DNA from: Octopus vulgaris
Lineage: Eukaryota
Length of the DNA stretch: 64,000 nt
Assembly (NCBI GenBank): GCA_951406725.2
Contig: OX597832.1
Span: forward strand, 6,076,001 to 6,140,000
Reading direction: 5' to 3'
The notes under the pieces are model-generated. The model ran no database searches. It was not told the DNA's origin and saw only the letters and a list, made by a program, of their open reading frames with translations. The position numbers and the translations under genes are program-made. This document shows positions 1 through 14,152 of this stretch, piece by piece. How positions within the stretch are numbered: position 1 is the first letter of the stretch; each line of letters starts with the position of its first letter.

Positions 1-868
<868 letters not shown>

Positions 869-872
<4 letters not shown>

Positions 873-1201
873 CCAGCTCTGTCTGGCCCCGTGTCGGTGG
901 CACGTAAAAGCACCATCCGTTCGTGTCCGTTGCCAGCATTGCCTGGCCCCGTGCCGGTGACACGTAAAAGCACCATCCGTTCGTGGCCGTTCGCCAGCTC
1001 TGTCTGGCACCTGTGCAGGTGGCACGTAAAAAACACCCACTACACTCGCGGAGTGGTTGGCGTTAGGAAGGGCATCCAGCCGTAGAAACACTGCCAGATC
1101 TGACTGGGCCTGACGAAGCCTTCCAGCTTCACAGACCCCAGTTGACCCGTCCAACCCATGCTAGCATGGAAAGCGGACGCTAAACGATGATGATGATGAT
1201 G

Positions 1202-1207
<6 letters not shown>
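869..1207 (+). mobile_element. 3' part of a SINE/LINE with RTE-type tail and ~60-bp internal tandem repeat
   Basis: Three ~60-bp units (GCCAGC..GGCCCCGTG.CGGTG.CACGTAAAAGCACC), then GGCGTTAGGAAGGGCATCCAGCCGTAGAAA and a (GAT)n tail. A related tail lies on the minus strand at ~18900-19030. Confidence 0.7.
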
Positions 1208-1281
<74 letters not shown>

Positions 1282-1308
1282 CATACATATATATATATTA
1301 TATATATG

Positions 1309-1341
<33 letters not shown>

Positions 1342-2007
1342 GTATACATATATATATTTTTCACTTCCCAGAGCGTTAAACTAATACATCTGTTTGTTGT
1401 CTACACCACTTGTTTTCGCCTTTTTTTTATTTTTGTGAATTCTCCCTATATATATGTGTGTGTGTGTATAACTCCTCATAACTTTAGGCAGGTGGGATTT
1501 TCAGAAAACATTTGCAAATTTGTGTTCTACACATGGGAATTCATATGATTATGAAAACAAAATTATCTTTCCAAACACCTCCCCACTCATAAATCCTAAA
1601 AGTTTCGCTCTTTTTCAAGTTTTTCTTTTTTAATTGGTGTTTCAAATATGGACAGCCCAAATATTTTGCTTAAATCCCAGCAATGAACCACCCTTGGGTG
1701 CATCAGCATTCCATTAAATGGGTTTATAAGAAGAAAAATATTGAAAAGCATTAATACATGTCAAATTGACAAAAATAATGAAGAAAGTGTCAGGTGGTCT
1801 TGAGATGTGCTAAAAATAACAGCTAAATCGCCCTTAAATCATACACAATTATTTATTTATTTGTTTATTTTGCTGGATCGTATGAATTCCCGTGTGTTGA
1901 ATGAAAATTCACAATAATTTTCTGAAATTTCCAAAAACATAAAAAAGTTATGAGTTGGTTATATGGGGTGTTTAAACCAGAATTCAGCCAAATATGATAC
2001 CCTAGAG

Positions 2008-2208
2008 CAGTGCTTTTCAAACTTTTTGCTGGAGCGGAACCCCAAGGAAATATTCCACTGGCTCGAGGAACCCCTGTGCAATAATTTAATAGTCTTATGC
2101 ACACATATCTGCACAGGAGAATTAAAAATTACTGCCGATTTTAGCAGTTTTGTAACTTCTTGCGGAACCCCTGGACTGTACTGGCGGAACCCTGGTTGAA
2201 AACCACTG
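2008..2208. mobile_element. hAT-type MITE
   Basis: TIRs CAGTGCTTTTCAAAC / GGTTGAAAACCACTG; perfect 8-bp TSD CCCTAGAG (2000-2007, 2209-2216). Confidence 0.9.
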
Positions 2209-2505
2209 CCCTAGAGGCTACATCTGGAAAAAGGAATTCCCACATATATTTTAAAGTTAACCTCTTCACAATTTTAAGTTACATCTTACATATTCCATGT
2301 AGCTAGGTTTTCCTATCTTTTATTTCCATTCACAATTAAGATGTTTAAATAGGTCAACTGAAAATATGTGAAGTGTATCCTGGACTTTTTCCTTTTTTAT
2401 TTGTCGTTAATGTCAGCGCTGTTGTAGTGACAGCATACAATCAGCAAACTGTATTCACTGATATTTGTTAGCAGTGTGTCTCCCTTCCCTCTCATATGTC
2501 TACAT

Positions 2506-2690
2506 CAGTGCTCTGCAACCTTTTATCACTTGCAGTACACTTATATTCTTTTCAAAATTTGATGGCATACCTGAACTGAAAACATAACTAAAAGTATAGG
2601 GGGAAAAATTACATTCAGGTTATACTGCGGCACACCTAGCATCGGCTTGTGGCACACCAGTGGGCTGCGACATACTGGTTGAAGGACAAT
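2506..2690. mobile_element. Degraded hAT-type MITE
   Basis: Starts CAGTGCTCTGCAACC, has subterminal G(C/T)GGCACACC repeats, ends GGTTGAAGGACAAT; TSD not clear. Confidence 0.55.
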
Positions 2691-2709
2691 TAACAGCAAC
2701 GGTACTTTT

Positions 2710-4040
<1,331 letters not shown>

Positions 4041-4074
4041 TACTTTCTATTTCTGTATTTTGTGGTGACACTAT

Positions 4075-4960
4075 CACTGTTTGGTGAAAATTGATGAAAT
4101 GGATCCATCTTACACACCCATGAAACTTTTAGCCAAATGAAATTTGCCAGAACCTTACCAGCAGCTGATAGTAGGACAATACCTCTTTAGTTACCACACA
4201 TCATTCTGGCTCCTGTTCCTTTATAGAGAGGAAGAATAATTGCATCCTTCCAGTCCTTAGGCATTACACCATCCCTCCAGACTACACTAATAAGTTCATG
4301 AAGGGAATGTATGATGTAATCATCACCAAATAGCAAGATCTCACCACAAATTCCGTCCCTTCTGGGTGCCCTACCAAGATTCAATTTACTTATTGCTGCC
4401 ATTACCTCATCTATTGGGGGTGTGGAATTTAAGGAGCCAATGATAGATCTTTGTGGTACAGTATCAATCACTGTTTCATCCACAACTGACTCATTGCTCA
4501 GGAGTTCAGAGAAGTGTTCAATCCAGCGGCCTGCGATATCTGTTGATTTAGTAAATAGAGTTGAAGACTCCTTGGAAAGCAACGGAGCTGATGCACAGCT
4601 CTTAGGCCCATAAACTTGTTTCATAAGATGATGAAGCTTCTTGCTGTCATTTGCATCAGCAGCAGCCTCAACATCATAAGCAAGATCCTCCCACCAAGTG
4701 TTCTGCATCTTCCTGAGAGATCACTGTTGTAGTGATTTTACACTGCTATAGTGGGCAAGTGCTAGATTTTGTTGTACAGCTGAAAGTCCTCTGTCCAGCA
4801 ATACATTGTGGGCATGGCACTTTACAGCCAATAGTCGCTGAACTTCAGCATCATTTTCATCAAACCAGTCTCTGTGTTTGGTAGTAGCATATCCCAGTGT
4901 TTCAGCAGCACATCAAAGAACCTGGTCTCAAAAATCTTCCCATACTGCATGGGTGTCTGA
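4075..4960 (-). pseudogene. RTE-clade LINE linker and N-terminal reverse transcriptase remnant
   Basis: ORF 4187-4708: RWIEHFSELL, GRAPRRDGICGEIL, MPKDWKDAIILPLYK..GN, continuing past a stop as RGIVLLSAAGKVL. Confidence 0.85.
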
Positions 4961-5099
4961 GCAGCTCTATTTGAAGAGGGCACTGCTCCCCTGGAGGCCG
5001 GAGAGGTTCTAGAAAAGGTGAACCAAAAATTGCCTGTCTTTCTATATCTGGTCAGTTTAACGCAACTGACAGATGTCCACCTGTGCTCAAAAAACAAAG

Positions 5100-5800
5100 A
5101 GCCTTTTTTTTTTACAAAATCTGGATGGAACTTGAACATTTCATGTTGGAATGTGTGCACTTTATTGGATAACAAGAGTGATTGTAGGCCTCAAAGATGC
5201 ACTGCACTTGTTGCTCATGAGTTGAACTGCTATAACACTGATATAGCTGTACTTTCAGAGACTCGTATAGAAGGTGATGGTCAGCTTGAGGAAGTAGGAG
5301 GTGGATACACCTTTTTTGGAAGGGGAGGCTGAAGAAAGGGTGCAGAGAGGCAGGTGCTGGCTTTGCAGTTCGATCTGATATCCTTAAGAAGTGGGAGGGG
5401 GTTCCTGTTCCTATAAATGAACGTCTAATGACTCTACGATTGCACCTGAAAGGTGAGCAGTTTGCTACTCTAATAAATAACTATGCACCTACTTTGACTA
5501 GCTGTGATGAAAATAAAACTATCTTTTATACCCAGCCAAGAGATATACATAGGAAAATCACCAATTCTGATAAAATCATTCTAATGGGGGATTTAAATGC
5601 CAGGGTTAGAACAGACTGACAAACATTCTTCTCTAGGAAGTTTTGGTGTAGGGAAAATGAATAGCAATGGTCTCATGTTGCTGGAGCTTTGCAATGAACA
5701 TGGACTTTATATCGCAAGCACCCATTTTATGCACCGTGTTGAGGAAAGAGCTTCAGACTCACACTTGCGGATGTTTGACACTTGCTGGCTTATGTCATCA
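5100..5800 (+). pseudogene. RTE-clade LINE APE endonuclease remnant
   Basis: ISCWNVCTLLD, DIAVLSETR, GYTFF, NNYAPT, IILMGDLNARV and NSNGLMLLELC across frameshifted ORFs. Confidence 0.9.
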
Positions 5801-6917
5801 TCCACTATTCAAATGGAACCTGTTGGTTCCATTTGAATAGTTGACCTTCGTTGGGAAATATAATGGTCAGACGTCTTTTTTCAAATTCTCTTATGGCTGA
5901 ATCAACTATTCTAACTGCATAAAGAGAAACTTCAGTAATTTTCTATGCTAAAGATGAGTCTAAGTGTGTGTCTGAGGAGGAGGTGTAAGATACATGCGTT
6001 TTGATAAAGTGGATGATAGCAGAGAGAGATAGAGAAAAACAAAAAAAAACAAAACAAAACATAAGGTTAGACTTGGAATATTTGTTGATAGAAATGTATT
6101 TTTATATATCTATATCTTGTTTTTACCATTTACTATTTTCTTTCAGCTCTGATTCATCAACACTCTTTCACTCTCACACTTATTATTAACAAACCCTAAC
6201 CCCACCCAGACATACCCAAATCTTTTATACATAGAATCACACAGACCAACACGACCTGAAGATCAGTTTGGTATCTGCCACCAACAAATGTGAGAAAGTT
6301 CTCCAGAAAAGTTAACAAGGAATCTTTAAAAAATCTCCCCACCAAAGTTAACAAAGAACTTACTAGATCTACAAACCAAACTATAAAATTAACTTATATT
6401 ATATTATTAGAAAATTAAATTAATTAGAACTACCAGTGAAGTCATTCTTTTCCTTTTCCACGTGGCTGTCAGGGTTTGCTCTGCTTCGTGGCTAACCAGA
6501 ATGGAATGCATGCTGCTTCGCTTTCTGTGGTGATGGCAGGGGTTTGTTCCACTGGTCAGACAGTCCATTTGTTGTCAAAAAACGTGTGTGGAGGACTTGG
6601 TATGGTGTAGCTGAGGATGTGCAGACTATGCGCTTAGACTTTGACATTTCCAGCATATCTTTGATGGTGAGAAGATGTGGTCGCCTTTTGCCAGATGTGC
6701 TTTTAAGAAGAAAGCATATCTATCTGAACTCATGTATTTCCAACTTGTAAAGCCAATAATAAAGTTTATTAATCATTTTCATATAATGGTGATTATGAAT
6801 CAAGTAGCAAAGAACTACATTTAATGTTTAATTCAATTAAATAACCTTTTGTATGTAAAAATAATTAAGCATAAACTTTTGGGTTGTCATTATATTTGAG
6901 GTGGGGGTACACTAAAC

Positions 6918-7162
6918 CGGTGATTCTCATCCGGGTTTCATATAGGATGTTCTTGTCAAAACTTATGTGCAATAAATTGCTTTTACTTCTACAATATACA
7001 AAATAGTCATTTAATTAATTATTCTTTCACAATTTCTAATAATGCTTAATTATATAGATAGAGTAGGATTCTTTTTCATATCCAGTGAATGACTATGGAG
7101 GCCCAGTAGAGTAAAATAGGAATCAAAAAGGTCCATAGGTAAAAAATTGTTGAGAAACACTG
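6918..7162. mobile_element. hAT-type MITE, same family as 48558-49843 in opposite orientation
   Basis: Ends CGGTGATTCTCA / TGAGAAACACTG; degenerate 8-bp TSD CACTAAAC / CGTTAAAC; shares GGTCCATAGGTAAAA with the reverse of 48576-48590. Confidence 0.7.
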
Positions 7163-8284
7163 CGTTAAACCTTTATAACATTCATAACAGAGTAATAAAA
7201 GGTGAAATTAGAATTAGCATCTTGAAAGTAATTTCTTTAGTCTCAGTATTTCATTAAAATGAAATACAAATTATTTATGACTTCTATAATATTACCCTTT
7301 GCTAGTTCTAAAGCAACATCACTTACTTTAATTTGTATATAAGAAATACGCCTATCATTTTCACAAAAGCCAATAATTTCAAAGTAGTTGTAAAGTGATT
7401 AACGTCTCTGAAATAAAGTGTTGAGTTACCTCCCATTTCCTGCATTTGTTCTGGTTTCAAATTACACTAAGGTCTAATTTACCTTTTATTCATTTGGAGG
7501 CCAACAAAATAAATCAGCAGTCAAGTACTGGTATCGATAATATCGACTAACCACCATCTTCCAGCAAATTGCTTTGGAGTTAAGTTTGTCGATGCCATCG
7601 ACCTGTGTACTTAATGGGTAAATATTGAACCTTGAATTACTAAGGGAGGTGACTCTTACCAACAATTATCTGTAAATTGTTAACCACCTGATAACGACTT
7701 TGAAATTATCGTTTTGGACGTTTATTAACTTATAGCTATTTTAAACTATATATATATATATATATAGTCCCAAAATGTAAAAAAAACACAAAGACGAAAT
7801 AAAAGAATAATTAACAGGGTGTGGTAGGTTTACACCCAGAAAAAGGGAAGAAATCTTTAATATTCTACCTTATTTTTGTACCCACCTCTCTTTCCTTCAT
7901 AGTCTCTCCCCACGATCTTTCTTTCACTTCTTATCACTCTCGCTTCCTCTGTATTTTCCTCTCTCACCGTCTCTTATCTCTTTCAGTTTCTCTCAGATAA
8001 TTCAGTTCAATTGCTCAGGAATCCCGAGGCTTGGGCTAGTCCGGAATCCTTGAGTCGTGGTAGCCAAGAGGGTGGTGCTTCGGTCTGTGGAGGTAAATGT
8101 TTCGGGCAAGTGAATGAAGGGTGTTGTGTGGGGCTGGAATTAGTGAAAAATGACAGGGAAGACAGGGTATATGAGACGTACATTAAGAACCACAACGGAC
8201 TTTAACCAGTCTAGGCTGTTATCCGGTTTATGTTACTTCCACTGGAACTTTTCAATCATTCTGTATATGTTAAAAACTTATACA

Positions 8285-8357
<73 letters not shown>

Positions 8358-8625
8358 TCCGGTCTTGTGCTAAAATTTGAAACCATTATCTAAGTATCTA
8401 TTGCTGTGGCACCACATTGAAGAAATTTTAGTCGAGTAAATCGACACCAAGACTTAATTTTTTAATCTTGTACTTATTCTATCGCCAACTTTGCCGAACC
8501 GTTTGGTTACGAGGGTGTAAACACTCCAGCACTGGTTGTCAAGCGGTGGTGGAGAACAAACACAGAAATACACACACACACACACACACTCACACACACA
8601 TACACACACACACTCTATGAAAATG

Positions 8626-8906
8626 TTTTGTTGTGTCTGGGGAGAGTCATTCTCTTTTAGTGCCTTATTATTTAACACACACACCGGTAAAGTTTCCACT
8701 CAATTATTTTTTTTTTCCTAAAATTTTCGTTGCGTCTTGCAACCTTTTCAATAGTAACGGACGAAGTCAACGACTATTGAAAAGATTGCAAGACACAACG
8801 AAAATTTTAGGAAAAATAAATAAGTAAATGAGTGGAAACTTTACCGGTGAGTGTGTTAAAAAAATAAGGCACTAAAAGAGAATGACTCTCCCCAGACACA
8901 ACAAAA
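8626..8906. repeat. Inverted repeat, ~130-bp arms, in a dispersed fold-back family
   Basis: 8626-8755 versus 8773-8906 with a 17-nt spacer; related sequence at 14160-14380 and 48660-49576. Confidence 0.9.
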
Positions 8907-9244
8907 TATGCTTCAATATACGAACTCACATAAAGAATCCTGCAAACTAAATCCGCAAACAAAGTAAAATGTATGAAAATGTATATATATATTTTCTAAA
9001 ACTTAAATAGCGATTGTATAATAAAATTATAATCTGAAAAAAGAATTAAATAATAAAGAATTATAGTATGATCTACTATTTCTAAATTATAATAATCTTA
9101 ACGGTCTATATCAAGTCTTGGGGAATGTGTGTTTTTACTTTTTATCCTTACATCTTTATCACCATACACAATCTAAAGTTATCTCCCTTAGATCATGTTA
9201 AAATTCCGAACGACATCTTTGAAAGAACTATTTGCATACTCTTA

Positions 9245-9445
9245 ACCTTTTATTTGTTTCAGTCATTAGACTACGGACATGCTGGGGCACCACATTGAAG
9301 AAATTTTAGTCGAGTAAATCGACACCAAGACTTAATTTTTTAATCTTGTACTTATTCTATCGGCAACTTTGCCGAACCGTTTGGTTACGAGGGTGTAAAC
9401 ACTCCAGCACTGGTTGTCAAGCGGTGGTGGAGAACAAACACAGAA

Positions 9446-9511
<66 letters not shown>

Positions 9512-9690
9512 ACACACACACACACACACATATGCGAGGCTTCTTTCAGTTTCCGTTTGCCAAGTCTACTCACAAGGCTTTGATCGGCCTGAGGCTATAG
9601 TAGAACACACTTGCCCAAGGTACCATGCAGTGGGACTGAACCTGAAACCATGTGGTTTTGAAGAAACTTCTTACCACACAACCACGCCTT
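9245..9690 (-). mobile_element. SINE family A, full copy
   Basis: Reverse-complement match to 43404-43808: tRNA-like head, CORE-like CCTTGGGCAAG, (TG)n linker and tail. Confidence 0.85.
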
Positions 9691-9901
9691 CACCTGTGTC
9701 CTTTTTTTCAAGTCTTTTCCTTTACTTGTTTCAGTCATTGGACTGCAGCCATGCTTGGAGACTGCCTTGCAGGTTTTGTCGAACAAAGCAATGCCAGTAC
9801 TTATATCTGAAGTCTGGTACTTATTCTACCGGACTCTTCTACCTAAACGTTACGGTTGTCAAGCAGTGGGGTGGGGGACAAACAACACCACACCCACAAA
9901 C

Positions 9902-9939
<38 letters not shown>

Positions 9940-9951
9940 TGTATGTATGTA

Positions 9952-9984
<33 letters not shown>

Positions 9985-10157
9985 ATGTATGTATGTATGT
10001 ATGTATGTATGTATGTGTGTATGTATGTGTGTATGTATGTATGTATGTATGTATGTATGTATGTATGTATGTATGTATGTATGTATGTATGTGTGTATGT
10101 ATGTATGTATGTATGTATGTATGTATGTATGTATGTATGTATGTATGTGTGTGTGTA

Positions 10158-11360
10158 TTAGGTTGTTTCACATGAAGTGTCGCATTTTTAATTACTTATT
10201 ATTTTAGTCGTTTAAAAACTCAATTATGTATACCTTGCATTTAATCTTGACATTTTTTCTTTCCCAACAATATTGTTATGCAAAATTCGTACCCGCAGAC
10301 CTTATGAAAATGATAACGATCAAACTATGTTGAGTGATTTTTTTGTATGAGTACAAACTGGGTTACTCTGCTGCAGAAGCTCTACGGAATATCAGAACTG
10401 TTCAGAGATGGTTCCAAAGTTCTCATTCAGGAGATGATAGCCTTGAAAATAAACCAAGGGGTAGACCAAAATCAGTTATTCGGCATGATGTATTAAATGC
10501 TTTGGTTGAATAAAATCCGAGAACAAAGGTTCGAAAACTTCCATCAGAACTCCAAACATCTCGCACAATTGTTTTTGGACATCTGTAAAAATTTGGAAAA
10601 GTCAAGAAAACGGATAGGTTTGTTTCACATCAACTGAACGACATTAAAAAAAATAGACGCCTCGGAGTGTACTCCTTATTGCTTTCTCGACTGGAAAAAT
10701 ACCATTTTTGCATCAAATCATTACTTGTGAGAAATGGGTGCTCTTTTACAACAGCAGTAGAACAGGGCAGTAGTTTGATGCAGGAAAGTCACCTAAACAC
10801 TACCGAAACCCATCATTGCGCCCTAAAAATTTAGTGGTCACTGTAAGGTGGTCTGTGAACGAAGTTATTTACTATTCATTTTTACAACAAGGGAAAACAG
10901 TAACAGCAACACCGTATTGCCTGGAAATTGATTATATGCATGAGAATTTGAAAACAAGGAACCCAGAATAGTGAATAGAGATGGCCCAATTCTGCTGCAC
11001 GACAACGCACGTCCTCACACTCTTCAAGCTACGGTCCAAAAGTTGCAAAGCCTGAATGAGATTTTGCAACATCCTCTCTATTTCCCTGATATCTCTCCTA
11101 CTGATCATCACTTATTTAAACATTTTGAATTTTTCATAAGCAATAAAACATTCTTAAATAAAGAAGAGGTAACTAAAGCATTCGGACTGTTTATCACAGC
11201 AAAAAATGAATTTTTTTTTAAAGATGGAATATATGAGAGAGAAACGTTGGGTAATAAATGAACATGGAACATACTTTGATTAAATAAATCAGTTCTCTAA
11301 CACGTCTGAAACATTTTATTGTTACCTTTCAAATACGACATTTAATGTGAAACAACCAAA
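10158..11360 (+). mobile_element. Decayed mariner transposon
   Basis: ~30-bp TIRs TTAGGTTGTTTCACAT.. / ..ATGTGAAACAACCAAA flanked by TA; transposase motifs LLHDNARPH and YFPDISPTDHHLF; many stops and frameshifts. Confidence 0.95.
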
Positions 11361-11586
11361 TATATAAATGAATAATCCATCAATAACAACAAAATCTGCT
11401 TCATTTCATTTTATTTGATGACATTTATTGAACACCGTTTAATGAATTAAATCTCATAATCGAATAATTCACACGGATATGAAAAGAAATTCGTAAATAA
11501 CGTATGATAAAAAGACATTGAAAACCTTAGCAGAAGAAGTAAATTTTGATCCGGATAAATATAATATAATATTATATTATATTACA

Positions 11587-12509
11587 TCTATATCTATATA
11601 TATAAAACTGTAGTTGTGTGAGTGTCTGTCCCCTTCGATTTAGATTCCTAACTACTCCCACATTTTGCGGTGCAGTTTAACCAAATTCGGGTATCTTATA
11701 GTCGTGATTCATATCGAGCCTGTCTGGGTATTAGCGCGCGTCTACGATGAGTCTACGATTTTTAAAATAATTTAACATCATTTTTTATTCCATTTTAATG
11801 CATATTTTTTCGTGTGTCGATGGCGGCGGAGTTGGCGTCCATGGTCACACCTGCACCTGTGTTGCTTCTCCCCCTTCTTCCCTCCCTCCCTCGTGAAGCT
11901 GTGGGGAAGGGAGTGTAAGGAAATCAACGTCGTAATGCGTTGTCAAGGAGATCAGCGTTCTTTTAGAACAACGACTTCATGGCTTGAAGTCGCCAAAACA
12001 GAAATGGCTAAAAAAGCTGAAACAGATCCACAAAAACGGCAATTACCGCCACACGGCAGGTTTCCTGTGCAAACAATTTGCACAACCGAATGTTTTAGTT
12101 GTTGCACAAATCTTTATATATAAAAGTAAGGTTGTGTGTCTGTCTCCTACGATTTAGATTCCTAACTACTCCCACATTTTGCGGTGCAGTGTAACCAGAA
12201 GCAGGTATCTTATAGTCGTGATTCATATCGAGCTCTTCTGGGTATTTGCGCGCGTCTACGATAAGTCTACGATTTAAAAAAAAAATTACCATCATTTTTT
12301 ATTCCATTTTAATGCATTTTTCGCTATTATATAAGGGAAGTAACTCTCTAAAAATGTCTACGATGAGTCAATGATTAAAAAAAAAAATTATCATCATTTT
12401 TTATTCCATTTTTAATGCATTTTTTGCTATTTTTTTGCTATAACTCACTAAAAATGCTTATATAGTTATTTCCCTTACAAACCCGAGCAACGCCGGGCGA
12501 TACTGCTAG
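11587..12509 (+). mobile_element. Non-autonomous Helitron, composite with a second 5' end at 12111
   Basis: 5' TC after A; 3' hairpin CCCGAGCAACGCCGGG then CTAG followed by T; no TSD. Confidence 0.9.
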
Positions 12510-12511
12510 TA

Positions 12512-13265
12512 TCTATATAAAACTGTAGTTGTGTGAGTGTCTGTCTCCTACGATTTAGATTCCTAACTACTCCCACATTTTGCGGTGCAGTTTAACCAAA
12601 ACCGGGTATCTTATAGTCGTGATTCATATCGAGCCCGTCTGGATATTAGCGCGCGTCTACGATGAGTCTACGATTTTTAAAATAATTTAACATCATTTTT
12701 TCCATTTTGACGCATATTTTTTTCGTGTGTCGATGGCGGCGGAGTTGGCGTCCATGCTCACATCTGCACCTGTGTTGCTTCTCCACCTTCTTCCCTCCCT
12801 CGTGAAGCTGTGGGGAAGGGAGTGTAAGGAAATCAACGTCGTAAAGCGTTGTCAAGGAGACCAGCGTTCTTTTAGAACAACGACTTCATGGCTTGAAGAC
12901 ACTAAAACAGAAATGGCTAAGAAAGCCCGAAAGCAAATTCTATAAAATCGGGAAACACGCCACACAGGGCAGATTTCCCGTGCAAAGAATTTGCACAACC
13001 GAATGTTTTAGTTGTTACACAGTCTACAATTTTTAAAAAGATTTACCATCATTTTTTCCATTTTAATGCATTTTTTCGCTATTATATAAGGGAAGTAACT
13101 CTCTAAAAATGTCTACGATGAGTCAACGATTTAAAAAAAAAATTACTATCATTTTTTATTCCATTTTTAATGCATTTTTTTGCTATTTTTTTGCTATAAC
13201 TCACTAAAAATGCTTATATAGTTATTTCCCTTACAAACCCGAGCAACGCCGGGCGATACTGCTAG
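12512..13265 (+). mobile_element. Non-autonomous Helitron, tandem second copy
   Basis: Same termini and body as 11587-12509; begins 2 bp after the first copy's CTAG. Confidence 0.9.
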
Positions 13266-13275
13266 TTATATATAT

Positions 13276-14019
13276 AAAACTTACTTGGAAGAGGATGCGT
13301 GGCGTTCAATCATATATATATGCATATATACAAACGTATATGTACATACTTACATCTATATGTATATATGATATGCATATGTGGGCGCAGGACGTCACGA
13401 AACGTGTACAACAAAAATATACGAAGTACGAGTACATGGAATATGAACTATTTTTCGAACAACGAAAGACACAAATGAAACACAAGTCAAACAACATAAA
13501 GAACCACCCTTCATCAGTTGTTGGCTGTTTTTCTACTCTCGTATTTCGAGCATTTAACAACAATATACGCTTTCGATAAAACAGTTGCTCCCGCAAAGTA
13601 AATTAAATAAAATTTGGGATTTTACGGAGGGTCAAAATTGGTAGCACAAACAGGACAGTGAAAACAAACAAGAAGGGCTGCTAAACCTAAACGAGGTTGT
13701 GGTGGCGAACGCGCAAATCAAGCTCGGATAGGAGACAGACAAGAACACGTCTTCCTTGTTCCAGCTACAACGAAGAGAAAGAAAGAAACACAAGTTAGGA
13801 GAAGAAAGAAAGATGGCCGATGGTCACATGGGAGCCACGTAAGCAAGGGAGAAGGAGTGAAGGAGAGAGGGTGACAGAGTAATAGGATAGAATAGTGGGA
13901 GAAGAGGACGTAAAAGAATAAGAGGGAGAAAAATGAAAGAGTAAAAAGATCGTATAGAGTGCACACCAGAATTATTAAGATAAAACTAACTTGGAAGAGG
14001 ATGCATGGTGTTCAATCAT
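13276..14019 (-). mobile_element. Non-coding Penelope/retrozyme-like element with 38-bp terminal direct repeats
   Basis: AAAACT.ACTTGGAAGAGGATGC.TGG.GTTCAATCAT at 13276-13313 and 13982-14019; contains a permuted hammerhead; partial relatives at 14520-14745 and 44600-44765. Confidence 0.55.
13506..13569 (-). ncRNA. Putative non-circularly permuted hammerhead ribozyme
   Basis: CGUA-UA-UUGUUG-uuaaau-GCUC-GAAA-UACG-16nt-CAACAA-CUGAUGA-A-GGGU: all core nucleotides and three helices are present, in a rearranged order. Confidence 0.7.
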
Positions 14020-14111
14020 ATAATAATATAAATAATATATATATGGTGCCCCAGCATGGCCGCGGCCTTCGGGCTAAAACATTTTAAAGGATTTTAAAGA
14101 TATATATTACA

Positions 14112-14152
<41 letters not shown>

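Noticed and set aside
6192-6207. Telomeric CCCTAA seed
   Set aside because: Only one full unit; expected by chance.
6255-6300. CTGAAGA as a hammerhead core (also CTGANGA hits near 1110, 27243 and 35861)
   Set aside because: No matching GAAA strand with paired stems I-III.
10158-11360. Active or domesticated transposase, or Fanzor/TnpB-like cargo, in the mariners and Helitrons
   Set aside because: The transposase and Rep/Hel frames are broken by stops and frameshifts, and I saw no RuvC/TnpB motifs in any ORF.
11812-12123. Repeated ORF 'LVKLWGRECKEINVV' as a Helitron-captured gene
   Set aside because: Recurrence only reflects element copies; starts and frames differ between copies and no domain is recognisable.
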